DNA from: a virus | Length of the DNA stretch: 32,000 nt | Reading direction: 5' to 3' (one strand) | IMG/VR virus record: IMGVR_UViG_3300037510_000657 | Location: 73,877-105,876 of that record | Shown here: one piece after another, positions 18,588-27,352 of the stretch | Position numbering within the stretch: position 1 is the stretch's first letter | Layout: every line of letters starts with the position of its first letter | Program-made: the position numbers and the translations under genes | The notes under the pieces: model-generated | What the model was told of the DNA's origin: nothing | The model's database searches: none | Seen by the model: only the letters and a program-made list of their open reading frames with translations

Positions 18588-18662
18588 TCGCGCGTAGCTC
18601 ATGTGGAAGAGCGCCCAGCGTAATGAACTGGGAGGTAGCGGGTTCGACCCCCGTCGCGCGAT
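18588..18662 (+). tRNA. Lone plus-strand tRNA-like gene with 9-nt anticodon loop (CGTAATGAA)
   Basis: TCGCGCG-TA-GCTC-ATGTGGAA-GAGC-G-CCCAG-CGTAATGAA-CTGGG-AGGTA-GCGGG-TTCGACC-CCCGT-CGCGCGA-T. All stems pair. If C-A closes the loop, the anticodon would be AAT. Confidence 0.6.
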
Positions 18663-18694
18663 CTGGGAGGGTCTGTGAAAACTGAAGAGGTGCT

Positions 18695-18946
18695 ATGGAG
18701 CGTCACTGCGTGAACTGTGGCGACGAACTGGTGGTCCATCAGGGCCGGGACCAGATCGTTACGTACTGCACGACTTGTGGAACGGAGACGAAGGAAGCAT
18801 GCGCACCGAGAGCACCCCAGTGGGACAGAGCACCCGTGAAGCGCGTCAGCACCATCGCGCAACTGAAGCCCAAGGAACGAGCCGACTCGAAGATCAAGAA
18901 GATGAACGATCGAGGCGGCTACGTTCCTCGGAGGGGCGCTAAGTAG
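18695..18946 (+). CDS. Zinc-ribbon small protein
   Basis: 83-aa ORF, GAAGAGG before the ATG. CVNCG...CTTCG. Confidence 0.6.
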   Translation: MERHCVNCGDELVVHQGRDQIVTYCTTCGTETKEACAPRAPQWDRAPVKRVSTIAQLKPKERADSKIKKMNDRGGYVPRRGAK

Positions 18947-19826
18947 GGTCGTCTTCCCAGGGGCGTAGGGGAGCGTAGTCCCTCTTCGCCTGTACGGTCT
19001 CGAACCGGATGTCGTAGGGAAGCTTCTCCACGTCACTCGGTTGGGTCACGATCGCCGCGGTGAGCTGCCCACCGAAGCAGCAGCCACCGTCGATGCCGTA
19101 CGTCCACACACCGTAGCGGTAGCTGTGGGTCGTCATGTATCCTGCACTGTCCTTGCAGTTGGGCACTACCCTGTGCCCGTAGATGACGTCGTCGGGGCCG
19201 ACCCACATCTCCGGCCACAAGACGCAGTTCTCCGGCTCGTCCCGCACGTGGTGGGCCTGCGCCATCTTCAGCTTGACGAGCGTCGGGCTGTCGGGGGTCT
19301 TCTGCTCGTACCGCTTGAGGATGTAGCGAAGGCGCAGGAGGTCGTTCGGCTTCTGCCGCGTCATCGGCTCGAAGTTGACCCCAGGCACCGCGCCCATCCC
19401 GGCGAAGTAGATGGGCATGACCCCGGCGTGAACCACCACGAGGTAGGGGCACACGCGGAGCCAGAGCGGTAGGGACTCGAGGTACGCCCAGCCCTCGTCG
19501 GTGATGGACATGTGCTCCTCCAGCCGGTCGGGCGTGAAGGGCTTCATGGGGTTCTGGTAGAGGGGCGTCTCCGCCTGCCGGAGCCGGTGCTTCCGGTAGC
19601 GCAGGTGCTTCTCGTCGTGGTTGCCGAGAACGGCTTCGGCCCCGATGCTCTTGGCGTAGGTGAGCACGCCAGGAGTGTCTGGGCCGCGGTCAGTCAGGTC
19701 GCCGGCCAGGATGAGCCTGTCGGTGCCCTGCTGGAACTTCACCTTGTCCAGGAGCTCCTTGAGCTCTTCCAGACAGCCGTGGACGTCCCCGACGACGATG
19801 GTCCTAGAGGGTGGGGGTGCCGTCAT
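18939..19826 (-). CDS. Metallophosphoesterase (PPP-family Ser/Thr phosphatase / ApaH-like)
   Basis: VVGDVHGC...LAGDLTDRGPD...LGNHDEKH motifs (GDxHG, GDxxDRG, GNHD). I prefer ATG 19826; the track ORF start at 19886 overlaps the upstream gene. Confidence 0.85.
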   Translation of the reverse strand: MTAPPPSRTIVVGDVHGCLEELKELLDKVKFQQGTDRLILAGDLTDRGPDTPGVLTYAKSIGAEAVLGNHDEKHLRYRKHRLRQAETPLYQNPMKPFTPDRLEEHMSITDEGWAYLESLPLWLRVCPYLVVVHAGVMPIYFAGMGAVPGVNFEPMTRQKPNDLLRLRYILKRYEQKTPDSPTLVKLKMAQAHHVRDEPENCVLWPEMWVGPDDVIYGHRVVPNCKDSAGYMTTHSYRYGVWTYGIDGGCCFGGQLTAAIVTQPSDVEKLPYDIRFETVQAKRDYAPLRPWEDDPT

Positions 19827-20574
19827 AGCTGCCGCCGTCCGTCGGCGGAGGCGAGCCGGGGTTGGTGGGGTCCGAGGCGTCGTCATCGGCCGGCAGGGTG
19901 GTGACAGGGCCGTACTCGAAGAAGACGCCGTTGTGAACGCGGGCGTAGTTGGGGCACGCGCCGGCGGCGACCAGCTTCACGACCTCGTCCTTCACGTCGT
20001 TGTGCTCGATGCGGAGCAGGGTGGCAGCGCCGACACGGATGGTGTCCTGCACCGAGTCGATGGTGATCTTGCCGGTGTTGGCACGCTCGCGGATCTCCTT
20101 GGTCACGTCGTGAGCCGAGAAGGTCTTGTTGGCCGCGACGAAGTCCTTGAGGACGGCCGCGACCGCGTCTTCCATGTTCATGTACGTCTCCTGGTTCGGG
20201 TCGGGGGTGACGGTGGTGAAGCACGAGCTCTTGGGCAGCACCTGGACGGGGACGCTCAGAGCCTTCGTCTTCTTGGGCTTGGGGACCTTGGCCTGGAACA
20301 CGACCAGGGCCGGGTCCTGCCCAGGGTTGGGGCACGGGACGATGGTGCTGGGGCCGTTGACCTTCAGGCGCTGGTCCGCCCAGATCTTCCGACCGTTCTT
20401 GGCGCGGGAGCCTTCCTGGTAGCAGACCTTGCCCTTCCACCGGAGCTCGCGCAGGGCGCGGGACACGGTGCTCATGCAGGGCGTGGGCTGGATGAGGTGG
20501 GTGAGGTTGGCTGCAGTGAGGCCCGAGGGCGACGCCTGCAGGATGATGAGGATCTGTTCTCTGACGTGGTTCAT
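19804..20574 (-). CDS. Winged-helix (MarR-like N-terminus) DNA-binding protein
   Basis: The N-terminal HVREQILIILQASPSGLTAANLTHLI...VSRALRELRWKGKV is wHTH-like. ATG 20574 makes an ATGA overlap with the upstream stop. Confidence 0.6.
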   Translation of the reverse strand: MNHVREQILIILQASPSGLTAANLTHLIQPTPCMSTVSRALRELRWKGKVCYQEGSRAKNGRKIWADQRLKVNGPSTIVPCPNPGQDPALVVFQAKVPKPKKTKALSVPVQVLPKSSCFTTVTPDPNQETYMNMEDAVAAVLKDFVAANKTFSAHDVTKEIRERANTGKITIDSVQDTIRVGAATLLRIEHNDVKDEVVKLVAAGACPNYARVHNGVFFEYGPVTTLPADDDASDPTNPGSPPPTDGGSYDGTPTL

Positions 20575-20969
20575 GTTCTCCATCCTTCCGGCAACTCGAC
20601 GTTGTCAGGAGCATCATGGAACATGGGTCTGACTTCCTCGTCCGTGTACCCGGCCAGGCCGCAGCCGATCCGGGTGACGAAGAAGGTGAGCTCGGGGGTC
20701 GCCCGGGCGTAGTCGATGAACCTGTCCACGAAGCTCTTGATGACCGTGAGCGGCAGGGTCTCGAGGTGTTCGTTCTTGGTGGGGATGGCGTAGCTGGTCC
20801 CCACGAGTCCGATGCCCAGGCCCTGACGAGCTCCATGGTGCAGTCGGGCGTGGAGAGCTGCGCCTGCACCATGGATGCCTGCCAGGTTCGAGCCGAACAC
20901 GAAGATGTCGTGCTGCTCCCAGCAGAACGTCTTGTCCTTGTAGGTTCTTCCGTCGAGTGTGTACTCCAT
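20571..20969 (-). CDS. Macro/SLOG-like Rossmann-fold nucleotide-binding protein (family uncertain)
   Basis: From ATG 20969 (ATGA overlap): FVFGSNLAGIHGAGAA, GTSYAIPTK, TRIGCGLAGY. I recall this motif trio from a widespread phage/bacterial small nucleotide-binding family. Confidence 0.55.
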   Translation of the reverse strand: MEYTLDGRTYKDKTFCWEQHDIFVFGSNLAGIHGAGAALHARLHHGARQGLGIGLVGTSYAIPTKNEHLETLPLTVIKSFVDRFIDYARATPELTFFVTRIGCGLAGYTDEEVRPMFHDAPDNVELPEGWRT

Positions 20970-21244
20970 CACTTCCTCTCGTAGGTGACGATCATGGTGT
21001 CGACCTCTCCGTCGTCCTCGGCCTCTCTCTGCGCCTTTCGGACTTCGGCAAGAGTCTCCCAGATCTGGGCTCCTCCGACATGCGGAGTTGAGCACCATCC
21101 CGGGGTCTTCATGTTGGCCTCACCATCGCCCATCCCGTTGTTCCAGTACAGCAGCTCGTTGATGTACAGGTTCCAGAAGGGGTGCCTACGGTTGACCGAT
21201 GTCTCGGACACACGGAGCATGTACAGGTGCAGCGGGGCGCTCAT
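20969..21244 (-). CDS. Hypothetical protein
   Basis: ATG 21244 sits in a GTGCCATGA overlap: MSAPLHLYMLRVSETSVNRRHPFWNLYINELLYW... Confidence 0.55.
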   Translation of the reverse strand: MSAPLHLYMLRVSETSVNRRHPFWNLYINELLYWNNGMGDGEANMKTPGWCSTPHVGGAQIWETLAEVRKAQREAEDDGEVDTMIVTYERK

Positions 21245-21393
21245 GGCACCCACCCCGGGTCGAGCTCCTTGAGGGCAGCCCGAGCATGGCAGGGACCGCA
21301 GAGGCAGACAGTACCACAGTTGCGCTTGTGGCATCGTTTGGCAGCCAGCTCTCGGAGGGCCTCGAGAGTGTGGCGCCTGGTCTTGGGGCTCAC
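21241..21393 (-). CDS. Possible 50-aa Cys-rich protein (GTG start, translationally coupled)
   Basis: GTG 21393 overlaps the upstream TGA. ...KRCHKRNCGTVCLCGPCHARAALKEL..., and its stop overlaps the next ATG. Confidence 0.4.
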   Translation of the reverse strand: MSPKTRRHTLEALRELAAKRCHKRNCGTVCLCGPCHARAALKELDPGWVP

Positions 21394-21716
21394 CACTGCC
21401 TCGACTTGGCCTCGTTGAAGGCGGCCCGGGCCTCTGCCTCGTCTTTGTACCAGTCGATCATGTTCCAGCCCTCCTGGATGACCTCCAGCTGGGTTCTGGG
21501 GGTTCCCCGCTGGGTAGGGAAACCCTCCCCGTCCTCGGTGCCTGCGAGCATCTGGAGGATGCCCCATCGCCGGGTCTCGAACCCGTAGCGGGCGTGGAAG
21601 AGAGCCAGGACGTTCCAGCCGAAGCTGTCGACGTCCTGGTGGAACTCAACCACTACCGCCACGGGGTCAGCCGGCAAGGCAGGGACAGGAGTGTCACCCG
21701 TCTTGATGGTGGGCAT
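21390..21716 (-). CDS. Hypothetical protein
   Basis: 108-aa ORF immediately after the stop of the upstream gene (21717). Confidence 0.6.
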   Translation of the reverse strand: MPTIKTGDTPVPALPADPVAVVVEFHQDVDSFGWNVLALFHARYGFETRRWGILQMLAGTEDGEGFPTQRGTPRTQLEVIQEGWNMIDWYKDEAEARAAFNEAKSRQW

Positions 21717-22274
21717 CTAGAACCCCAGGAACTCGAGCTCTTCGTACGAGAGCCGCACACCGGAGGGGTTGCCGAACTCGTCACGGCCGTCCTTCAGATT
21801 GCGGATGAGCAGACCCAGGCGGGTGACCTGGTCCGTCTCGGAGTTGATGAGGTCGCGCTCGGTCATCAGCAGCTGGACCAGGCCGGCGCCGATGGTGACC
21901 TCCTGCTGCTCGCCGTCGTCGGGGCCGGCCATGTTGCTGACCGAGTAGGTGATGGCGGAGGTGCCAGCGTTCTTCCGCATCTTCTCGAGGATGTCGATGA
22001 GCGCCTTGTCGTCGATCTTGTACTCGGCCCGGATCTTGGCGATGCGCTCCTCGCGTTCGCTGATCTTCTCTTCGATCTGCTTCACCTTGGCGCTGGCGGC
22101 GACCACGACTTCGGCGGCCGTCTTCTCGAAGGAGAAGTGGAACAGGTGCGTCGCGTTGTGCTTCATCATGCTGAGCTCCTTGCGGTTCTTGTGTCTCTTG
22201 AAGCCGGCCACGACTGCGTCTATGGCCGGGTCTTGGAAGTAGCGGAGCGCGATTGCTAGCTTGCGCTGGTTCAC
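21717..22274 (-). CDS. Hypothetical protein (coiled-coil segment)
   Basis: 185-aa ORF from GTG 22274. An alternative start is ATG 22169, which has AAGGAG 7 nt upstream. Confidence 0.6.
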   Translation of the reverse strand: MNQRKLAIALRYFQDPAIDAVVAGFKRHKNRKELSMMKHNATHLFHFSFEKTAAEVVVAASAKVKQIEEKISEREERIAKIRAEYKIDDKALIDILEKMRKNAGTSAITYSVSNMAGPDDGEQQEVTIGAGLVQLLMTERDLINSETDQVTRLGLLIRNLKDGRDEFGNPSGVRLSYEELEFLGF

Positions 22275-22277
22275 GGG

Positions 22278-22466
22278 TCAGTGCTTCTTCTTGTCCCACG
22301 CGTCGGGAGGGAACCCGCCACGGGAGATCCAGTCGTTCAGGGCCACCACCAGCTCGGACAGGCGGAGCCCATCCTCGGCGTCGGCAGTGGTGTCGCGGAT
22401 GTCTCCACGACTCTGCATGCGAGTGGCCAGTTCGACCTGCTCGCGCCAGTTCGCGTTCGGGTCCAT
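22278..22466 (-). CDS. 62-aa hypothetical protein
   Basis: AGGAGG lies 5 nt before ATG 22466: MDPNANWREQVELATRMQSRGD... In the track it is hidden inside a longer out-of-context ORF (22278..24017). Confidence 0.6.
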   Translation of the reverse strand: MDPNANWREQVELATRMQSRGDIRDTTADAEDGLRLSELVVALNDWISRGGFPPDAWDKKKH

Positions 22467-22474
22467 GGGACCTC

Positions 22475-23908
22475 CTAGTAGCGGTTGTCGGTCTTGAACT
22501 CGACCAGGTACTGCAGGATGTGCTGCTGGATGTCGTAGACGATGAACTCGTTGTGGAGGAGGTAGCTGCCCTTCTCCCCCTGCACCGAGTGGTAGCCCGC
22601 GGGCGGCTTCGTCAGGTGGCTCTGCGAGTCCTTGTACTTCTTGATGGTCCCGAGTGCCACGTCGGCCACGAACATGAAGAACGTGTCGCCGTGAGCCCCT
22701 CGCCCGCCGCCGAAGCGCCCGAAGGCGTACTGCTCGGACTTGGAGCTCTGGTCGGCGAAGTAGAGGCCGTTGCCGAACATCGAGCCAGTGATGTAGACAC
22801 CGGGCGGCCTCATGAGCAGGCCGCTCTTGCAGATGCCCAGGATGTTCTGCGGCCCGGAGCCGTGGAACAGGGCCTGGACGTTGCCGGTCTCCTTCATGGT
22901 CTTGATATGCTTCTGCGTCTGGCCGCGCACGTTCACGCGCCAGACGTTCTTCACCTGCATCTTCCAGGTGTGGTGGGAGGAGCGGGAGGACTGCATGTAC
23001 TTCTCGACCTTCTGATACGAAGGATTGGTGTTCTCGAGGTACTCGTACTCGCAGCCGATCTCCTTGTACTTCTTCCCGATGTCCGTCGTGGCGAAGCCAC
23101 CGACCATGCCTTGGACGTCGGAGAGCAGCTTGAGGAGATCCTCCTTCTCGTCGAGGATGGTCGCGTTGTTCAGCGCCATCTTGTGCAGCCAGGCATCCAT
23201 GGCCGCGTCTCCGTCGCTCTTCTTCGGTCGAAGCCCCATCTCCTGGGGGATGGCCGAGTAGAACTTGTTGGAGAGCTGGAGGATGTCCGGGTGGATGGAG
23301 TCCTTCAGCTTCGGCTTGGAGTCGAGCATGGCCTGCACCTCCTGGAGGATGTGCCTGCCGTCCTCGATCTGGGTCAGCGTCAGGGTGCCGAGTGGGTTCT
23401 CCACGGTGGAGTTCAGCGTTCCCGACAGCTGGCTCTTCACGGCCTGCCCCGCCTCCGCGTAGAGGCGCTCGACGAGCTTGGACACGCTGTGGTGCAGCTT
23501 GACGTCGTCCTTGACGTCCTTCGTGTCCGAGACGACCTTGTCCTTCTTGATGTCGTCGGAGAGGATCTGGGCGTTGCCGACAGACGAGCCGACCTTGGTC
23601 GAGGCCATCTTCACCTCGACGTAGCCCTTGCGGGCGCTGGTCTTCTCGGCCTTCAGGGACTCGAACGCCTCGAGCAGCGAGGGCTCGTTCTGCGGCGGGA
23701 TGCGCTCCTCCTGGACACCCGAGGCGCCGACGCGCCCGTAGCAGGAGAAGAGCCTGAACTTCGTTCCGTCCTTCGAGACGTGTGCCTCGATCTGGTAGAA
23801 CTTGTTGTTCCCGCCGGTGAGGTCGGTCTTGTTGAGCGTGGCCGACTTGACGACGTTGTAGTCGTTGGGGAACTTGAACGTTCCCAGTGCTTGGGCTCCG
23901 AGCTTCAT
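22475..23908 (-). CDS. Poly(ADP-ribose) polymerase homologue (WGR + helical regulatory + catalytic domain, H-Y-E triad)
   Basis: WGR: NKFYQIEAHV...FSCYGRVGASG. Regulatory: NPLGTLTLTQIEDGRHILQEV. Catalytic: LFHGSGPQN (H), GNGLYFADQSSKSEQY (Y), YLLHNEFIVYD (E). Confidence 0.9.
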   Translation of the reverse strand: MKLGAQALGTFKFPNDYNVVKSATLNKTDLTGGNNKFYQIEAHVSKDGTKFRLFSCYGRVGASGVQEERIPPQNEPSLLEAFESLKAEKTSARKGYVEVKMASTKVGSSVGNAQILSDDIKKDKVVSDTKDVKDDVKLHHSVSKLVERLYAEAGQAVKSQLSGTLNSTVENPLGTLTLTQIEDGRHILQEVQAMLDSKPKLKDSIHPDILQLSNKFYSAIPQEMGLRPKKSDGDAAMDAWLHKMALNNATILDEKEDLLKLLSDVQGMVGGFATTDIGKKYKEIGCEYEYLENTNPSYQKVEKYMQSSRSSHHTWKMQVKNVWRVNVRGQTQKHIKTMKETGNVQALFHGSGPQNILGICKSGLLMRPPGVYITGSMFGNGLYFADQSSKSEQYAFGRFGGGRGAHGDTFFMFVADVALGTIKKYKDSQSHLTKPPAGYHSVQGEKGSYLLHNEFIVYDIQQHILQYLVEFKTDNRY

Positions 23909-23911
23909 GGC

Positions 23912-24103
23912 TTACTCCCTGAAGAACTTCTCCGGATCGGAGAGCATCTTCTTCATCTCCTTCGTTGCGAACTTCCCGCCATCTTCCAGGAAGGCCAGGG
24001 CGTGGAAGTAGTCGCACACCGAGGCCGGGTCCTTGGTGGGGCGCTTGTAGCCGGTGGGGCTGTCGTCGTCGACTGGCTCGTACTTCTTCTTGTTGAGCAG
24101 CAT
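23912..24103 (-). CDS. 63-aa hypothetical protein
   Basis: ORF packed tightly between the rIIB-like and PARP genes. Confidence 0.55.
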   Translation of the reverse strand: MLLNKKKYEPVDDDSPTGYKRPTKDPASVCDYFHALAFLEDGGKFATKEMKKMLSDPEKFFRE

Positions 24104-24105
24104 GG

Positions 24106-25272
24106 TTACTTCTTCTTCCTGACCTTGATGATGGTGGCCACGAGGGAGGTCTTGCCCCCGGGGATCTTGGACGCGCCGGTGATGTTCAGGACCTTGCCGG
24201 CGTACTGGCGCAGGTCGGAGATGGACTGCTCCATCAGGTCCTTCATGCTGAGCTCGCCGAAGTCGGGGGCCGTCTTCTCCACCTTCTCGGGCTCGTCGAG
24301 AGGGCCGACGACGTCGCGGAGGTCGACACCGGGGCCGGCCTTCATGCGAACGGTACCGGTCGACTTGAGGACCGCGACAGCTTCCTCCTCGGTGTCCTCG
24401 TCGAGATCAGAGGGGCCAGTCTCGATGTCATCCGGGAAGTCGTCATCCTCGTCCTCGTCATCCTCGTCGAGGTCGTCCAGGCTCGCCTCTGCCTCGGCGT
24501 CGTCCTGCTCGTCGGGCTCGAGGTACGGCGGGTCCTCCTTGACCGTGTCGTCGACGAAGAGCGTGCTCGGCAGCTTGCAGCCGTAGTTGCCGATGACCTC
24601 GTACCGGCAGACGCGCATCTTCTGGGCGTTGTGGTCGTAGGGGACGCAGACCACGTGCTCGGGGTCGACCTTGCAGATGACGACGCGGTGGCTGAAGGTG
24701 CCGGCGTAGCCGTAGGCGCCCACGTGGAAGCCGACGTGGCAGGCCTCGTTCGGGTCATCCGAGATCTGGTTGCGCGGCATCTCGTGGATGTTGCCCGGGG
24801 TGTTGTCGTACTTCCCCGAGTGGGCGTCCTTGTAGTCGTTCTGCACGCCCTTGTACGCGAGGAAGCAGCCGTCGGTGGTCAGGGGGATGTGGGCGTGGGC
24901 CAGGAAGCTCCACAGCTGCTGGACCGAGCGCCACGACGGGTTCTTCTGGAGGCGCTCCCAGAAGAGCAGGATGGGGGTCGGGTCGGCGCCGGAGCTGGCG
25001 ACGTTGATGAGGCGCTGGTTGAGCTCCCTGGGCAGCGGCTTGTCATCGCAGAGCACTTCTCCGGTGGTCTCGTTGAACGTGAACCGTCCCTTGGCCCAGT
25101 CCTTCAGGGTCTTGGCGGCGGTGAGGTGGTTCTCGATGTCGGCCCAGTTCTCCGAGACGATGGCCGCCCGGAGTCCCTTGAAGTTGGCCGCCGACTTCTG
25201 GACGGTGATGGGCTTGCCCTTCCAGACGATGGTTATGGTGTCGTTGGTGAGTGAGTAGGACGGGGCGTTCAT
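24106..25272 (-). CDS. rIIB: rIIB-like protein with acidic linker and C-terminal SAP/HeH-like tail
   Basis: DGCFLAYKGVQNDYKDAHSGKYDNTPGNIHEMPRNQISDDPNEACHVGFHVG...VVICKVDPEHVVCVPYDHNAQKMRVCRYEV matches the T4 rIIB C-terminal core as I remember it. Adjacent to the rIIA-like gene. Confidence 0.7.
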   Translation of the reverse strand: MNAPSYSLTNDTITIVWKGKPITVQKSAANFKGLRAAIVSENWADIENHLTAAKTLKDWAKGRFTFNETTGEVLCDDKPLPRELNQRLINVASSGADPTPILLFWERLQKNPSWRSVQQLWSFLAHAHIPLTTDGCFLAYKGVQNDYKDAHSGKYDNTPGNIHEMPRNQISDDPNEACHVGFHVGAYGYAGTFSHRVVICKVDPEHVVCVPYDHNAQKMRVCRYEVIGNYGCKLPSTLFVDDTVKEDPPYLEPDEQDDAEAEASLDDLDEDDEDEDDDFPDDIETGPSDLDEDTEEEAVAVLKSTGTVRMKAGPGVDLRDVVGPLDEPEKVEKTAPDFGELSMKDLMEQSISDLRQYAGKVLNITGASKIPGGKTSLVATIIKVRKKK

Positions 25273-27344
25273 GCTTCCTCCCTTTCATCGATCATCTTGA
25301 TGTAGTCGAGCCAGTGGCTCGCCTGCGTGTGGTGGTTCCAGAGGCGCGTGATGCTGATGTTGTCGGCAGCGAAGAGGGGGTACCTGTCGGTGATGTCCTT
25401 GAACGCAGCCTTCTGCGCCGTCGCCGGGGAGAACCTCTCCCCCAGCTTCAGGATCTGGTCCTTGAGCTGCCAGTCGATGCCGCTCATCTCCTCCTTCGCC
25501 TTGAGGTGCTTCGCGATGAAGGTCGTGACCATGTGGTTCTCCCCGAGCACCTCGACCAGGTTGTCGAGGATGTTCTTGTCGGCTCGGAGATCTCGGTAGT
25601 AGCCCACCTTGAGGTCCACCCCCGTCAGGTCAGCCCACTGGGCCAAGTCGACCTTGGCAAGCAGCTCTGGCGTCTTGAGAGTGGCGATGAACGTCTCCCT
25701 CCAGGTGTCGTAGGGGATGCCGGTGAGCGACGTCGAGTACACGGGCTTCCGCGCGGTCGTCTTGTAGCCGTAGATGGGCGGGAGGGGGAGCCCCGCGATG
25801 GCCGCCATCATCTCGTCTTCCTCGATGCGCCGGTAGAAGCCGTTGTTGCCCTCGGCCTTGAAGTGGTCGAGGATGACGTACACGTCGGTGGCCTCGGGCT
25901 CGCGCATCACGGTGTCCCACGCCTCGGAGTAGGGCGCGTAGACGCCCTTCCTCTTCCGCAGCACGAAGGTGGAGACCTTGTGCTTGGCGTTGACCGGGCC
26001 GTGCTTCTTCCCCTTCGCCGGCGGCTGAGACCACGCCACCTCCGACAGGTTCCGGATGGGGATACCGGTCATGCCGTTCTTCTCGAGCAGCGCCTCGAAC
26101 TCTGCCTTCGCCTCGGCCAGGGTGTGCTTCCCGGTCGGCTTGATGACGTAGTCGTGGGGGTCGAGGTGGAAGCCGGACAGCTTGCGCTTGTCGTCGTGGA
26201 GGAAGACTCGACTCTTCTCATCGATGCGGATGCTGAGGGCCGTACCCTTCTGCTTCAGCATGATGAAGGTCGTCGGTACCTCGCTCTCCTCGGTCACCCG
26301 CACGTAGTCGTCCTGCAGGTCCTGGTACTTCTCCGGGATCGGCAGGCCGAGCTTGTGCAGGCCCTGGACGCGGACACGCTTCTGCCAGGCGGACAGCTTG
26401 GGCGTGTCGATGTCCTTCAGGGTGTCGGTGACGTACTCCTCGAGGAGCTCGTTCACCTTCTTGACGATGGCCAGCTTGGTCTCGTCGCTGTACTTGAGCT
26501 CCTCGCGGGACGCGCTGATCTCCACCTCGCCGATGCCGAAGTAGAGAGCACCAGAGACCTTGTTGGCGAACTCGGCTAGGCCGTCGCCACCGTCCACGTC
26601 CTCCAGCTGCTCGAGGTTGATGCGGTAGGGGACGCAGCCCATGATGGCCACCCACTCGCCGGCGCGCTCTTCATCACCACCGAAGATGCGCCCGTTCTTG
26701 AACAGCGCCTGGTCCTTGGGGAGGTCGGGGAGCTCGACGTTGATCTCCGGGCGCGGGTCGAAGTACATGAACAGCTTCTTCGCCCTGTCGATGAACGCCC
26801 AGTAGTCGGTGGTCTTGCACGGGATGTAGATGGTCACCCCGGTCTCGTCACCGCACGGCTCCTCGGCCAGCTTGTTGATGAGCCCCTTGTTGGTCTTGTC
26901 CAGGACGGCCGAGTAGGTGATGCGGAGGCCGTCGTGGCAGGAGACGATGGTGAAGCTGTCCGAGTAGGCGAAGGCGCTCTTGGAGCCGATGCCGAGCATG
27001 CCGACAGAGTTGTCGCTGCCTCGCTTGGTGCTTGCGCCGTACTGGGTGTAGACCTCGAACACGCTCCTCTCGGAGAGGCCAGGTCCGAAGTCCTGGATGG
27101 TGAGCGTCGTGTCGCCGGCGGTGGGCAGGTGGATCTTGATGGGCAAGTCGCCCTTCCCGACCTCCCTGTGTGCGTCCCAGGCGTTGGCCGAGTACTCGCG
27201 CAGGATGGCCAGGATCTTGTCGGAGTACAGCGTGTCGCGAAGGATGCCCATGAGGTGAGCAGCATCGTTCATCGACAGGCCGAACTCGCCGCTCGCGGTG
27301 ACGCCGTGCGAAACTACTTCTCGTGCTTTGGCGTTGGGTATCAC
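25269..27344 (-). CDS. rIIA: rIIA-like GHKL (HATPase_c) ATPase
   Basis: N-box REYSANAWDA, G1 box IQDFGPGL, G2 box GMLGIGSKSAF. ~690 aa, and precedes the rIIB-like gene with a 4-nt overlap. Confidence 0.75.
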   Translation of the reverse strand: MIPNAKAREVVSHGVTASGEFGLSMNDAAHLMGILRDTLYSDKILAILREYSANAWDAHREVGKGDLPIKIHLPTAGDTTLTIQDFGPGLSERSVFEVYTQYGASTKRGSDNSVGMLGIGSKSAFAYSDSFTIVSCHDGLRITYSAVLDKTNKGLINKLAEEPCGDETGVTIYIPCKTTDYWAFIDRAKKLFMYFDPRPEINVELPDLPKDQALFKNGRIFGGDEERAGEWVAIMGCVPYRINLEQLEDVDGGDGLAEFANKVSGALYFGIGEVEISASREELKYSDETKLAIVKKVNELLEEYVTDTLKDIDTPKLSAWQKRVRVQGLHKLGLPIPEKYQDLQDDYVRVTEESEVPTTFIMLKQKGTALSIRIDEKSRVFLHDDKRKLSGFHLDPHDYVIKPTGKHTLAEAKAEFEALLEKNGMTGIPIRNLSEVAWSQPPAKGKKHGPVNAKHKVSTFVLRKRKGVYAPYSEAWDTVMREPEATDVYVILDHFKAEGNNGFYRRIEEDEMMAAIAGLPLPPIYGYKTTARKPVYSTSLTGIPYDTWRETFIATLKTPELLAKVDLAQWADLTGVDLKVGYYRDLRADKNILDNLVEVLGENHMVTTFIAKHLKAKEEMSGIDWQLKDQILKLGERFSPATAQKAAFKDITDRYPLFAADNISITRLWNHHTQASHWLDYIKMIDEREEA

Positions 27345-27352
27345 TTCGCCTC

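Noticed and set aside
24342-24560. An acidic D/E-rich repeat region in the rIIB-like gene, considered as a possible DNA-level tandem repeat or separate feature.
   Set aside because: It is a low-complexity acidic linker within one continuous ORF. At the nucleotide level it is codon repetition (GAC/GAG/GAT), not a structured repeat.
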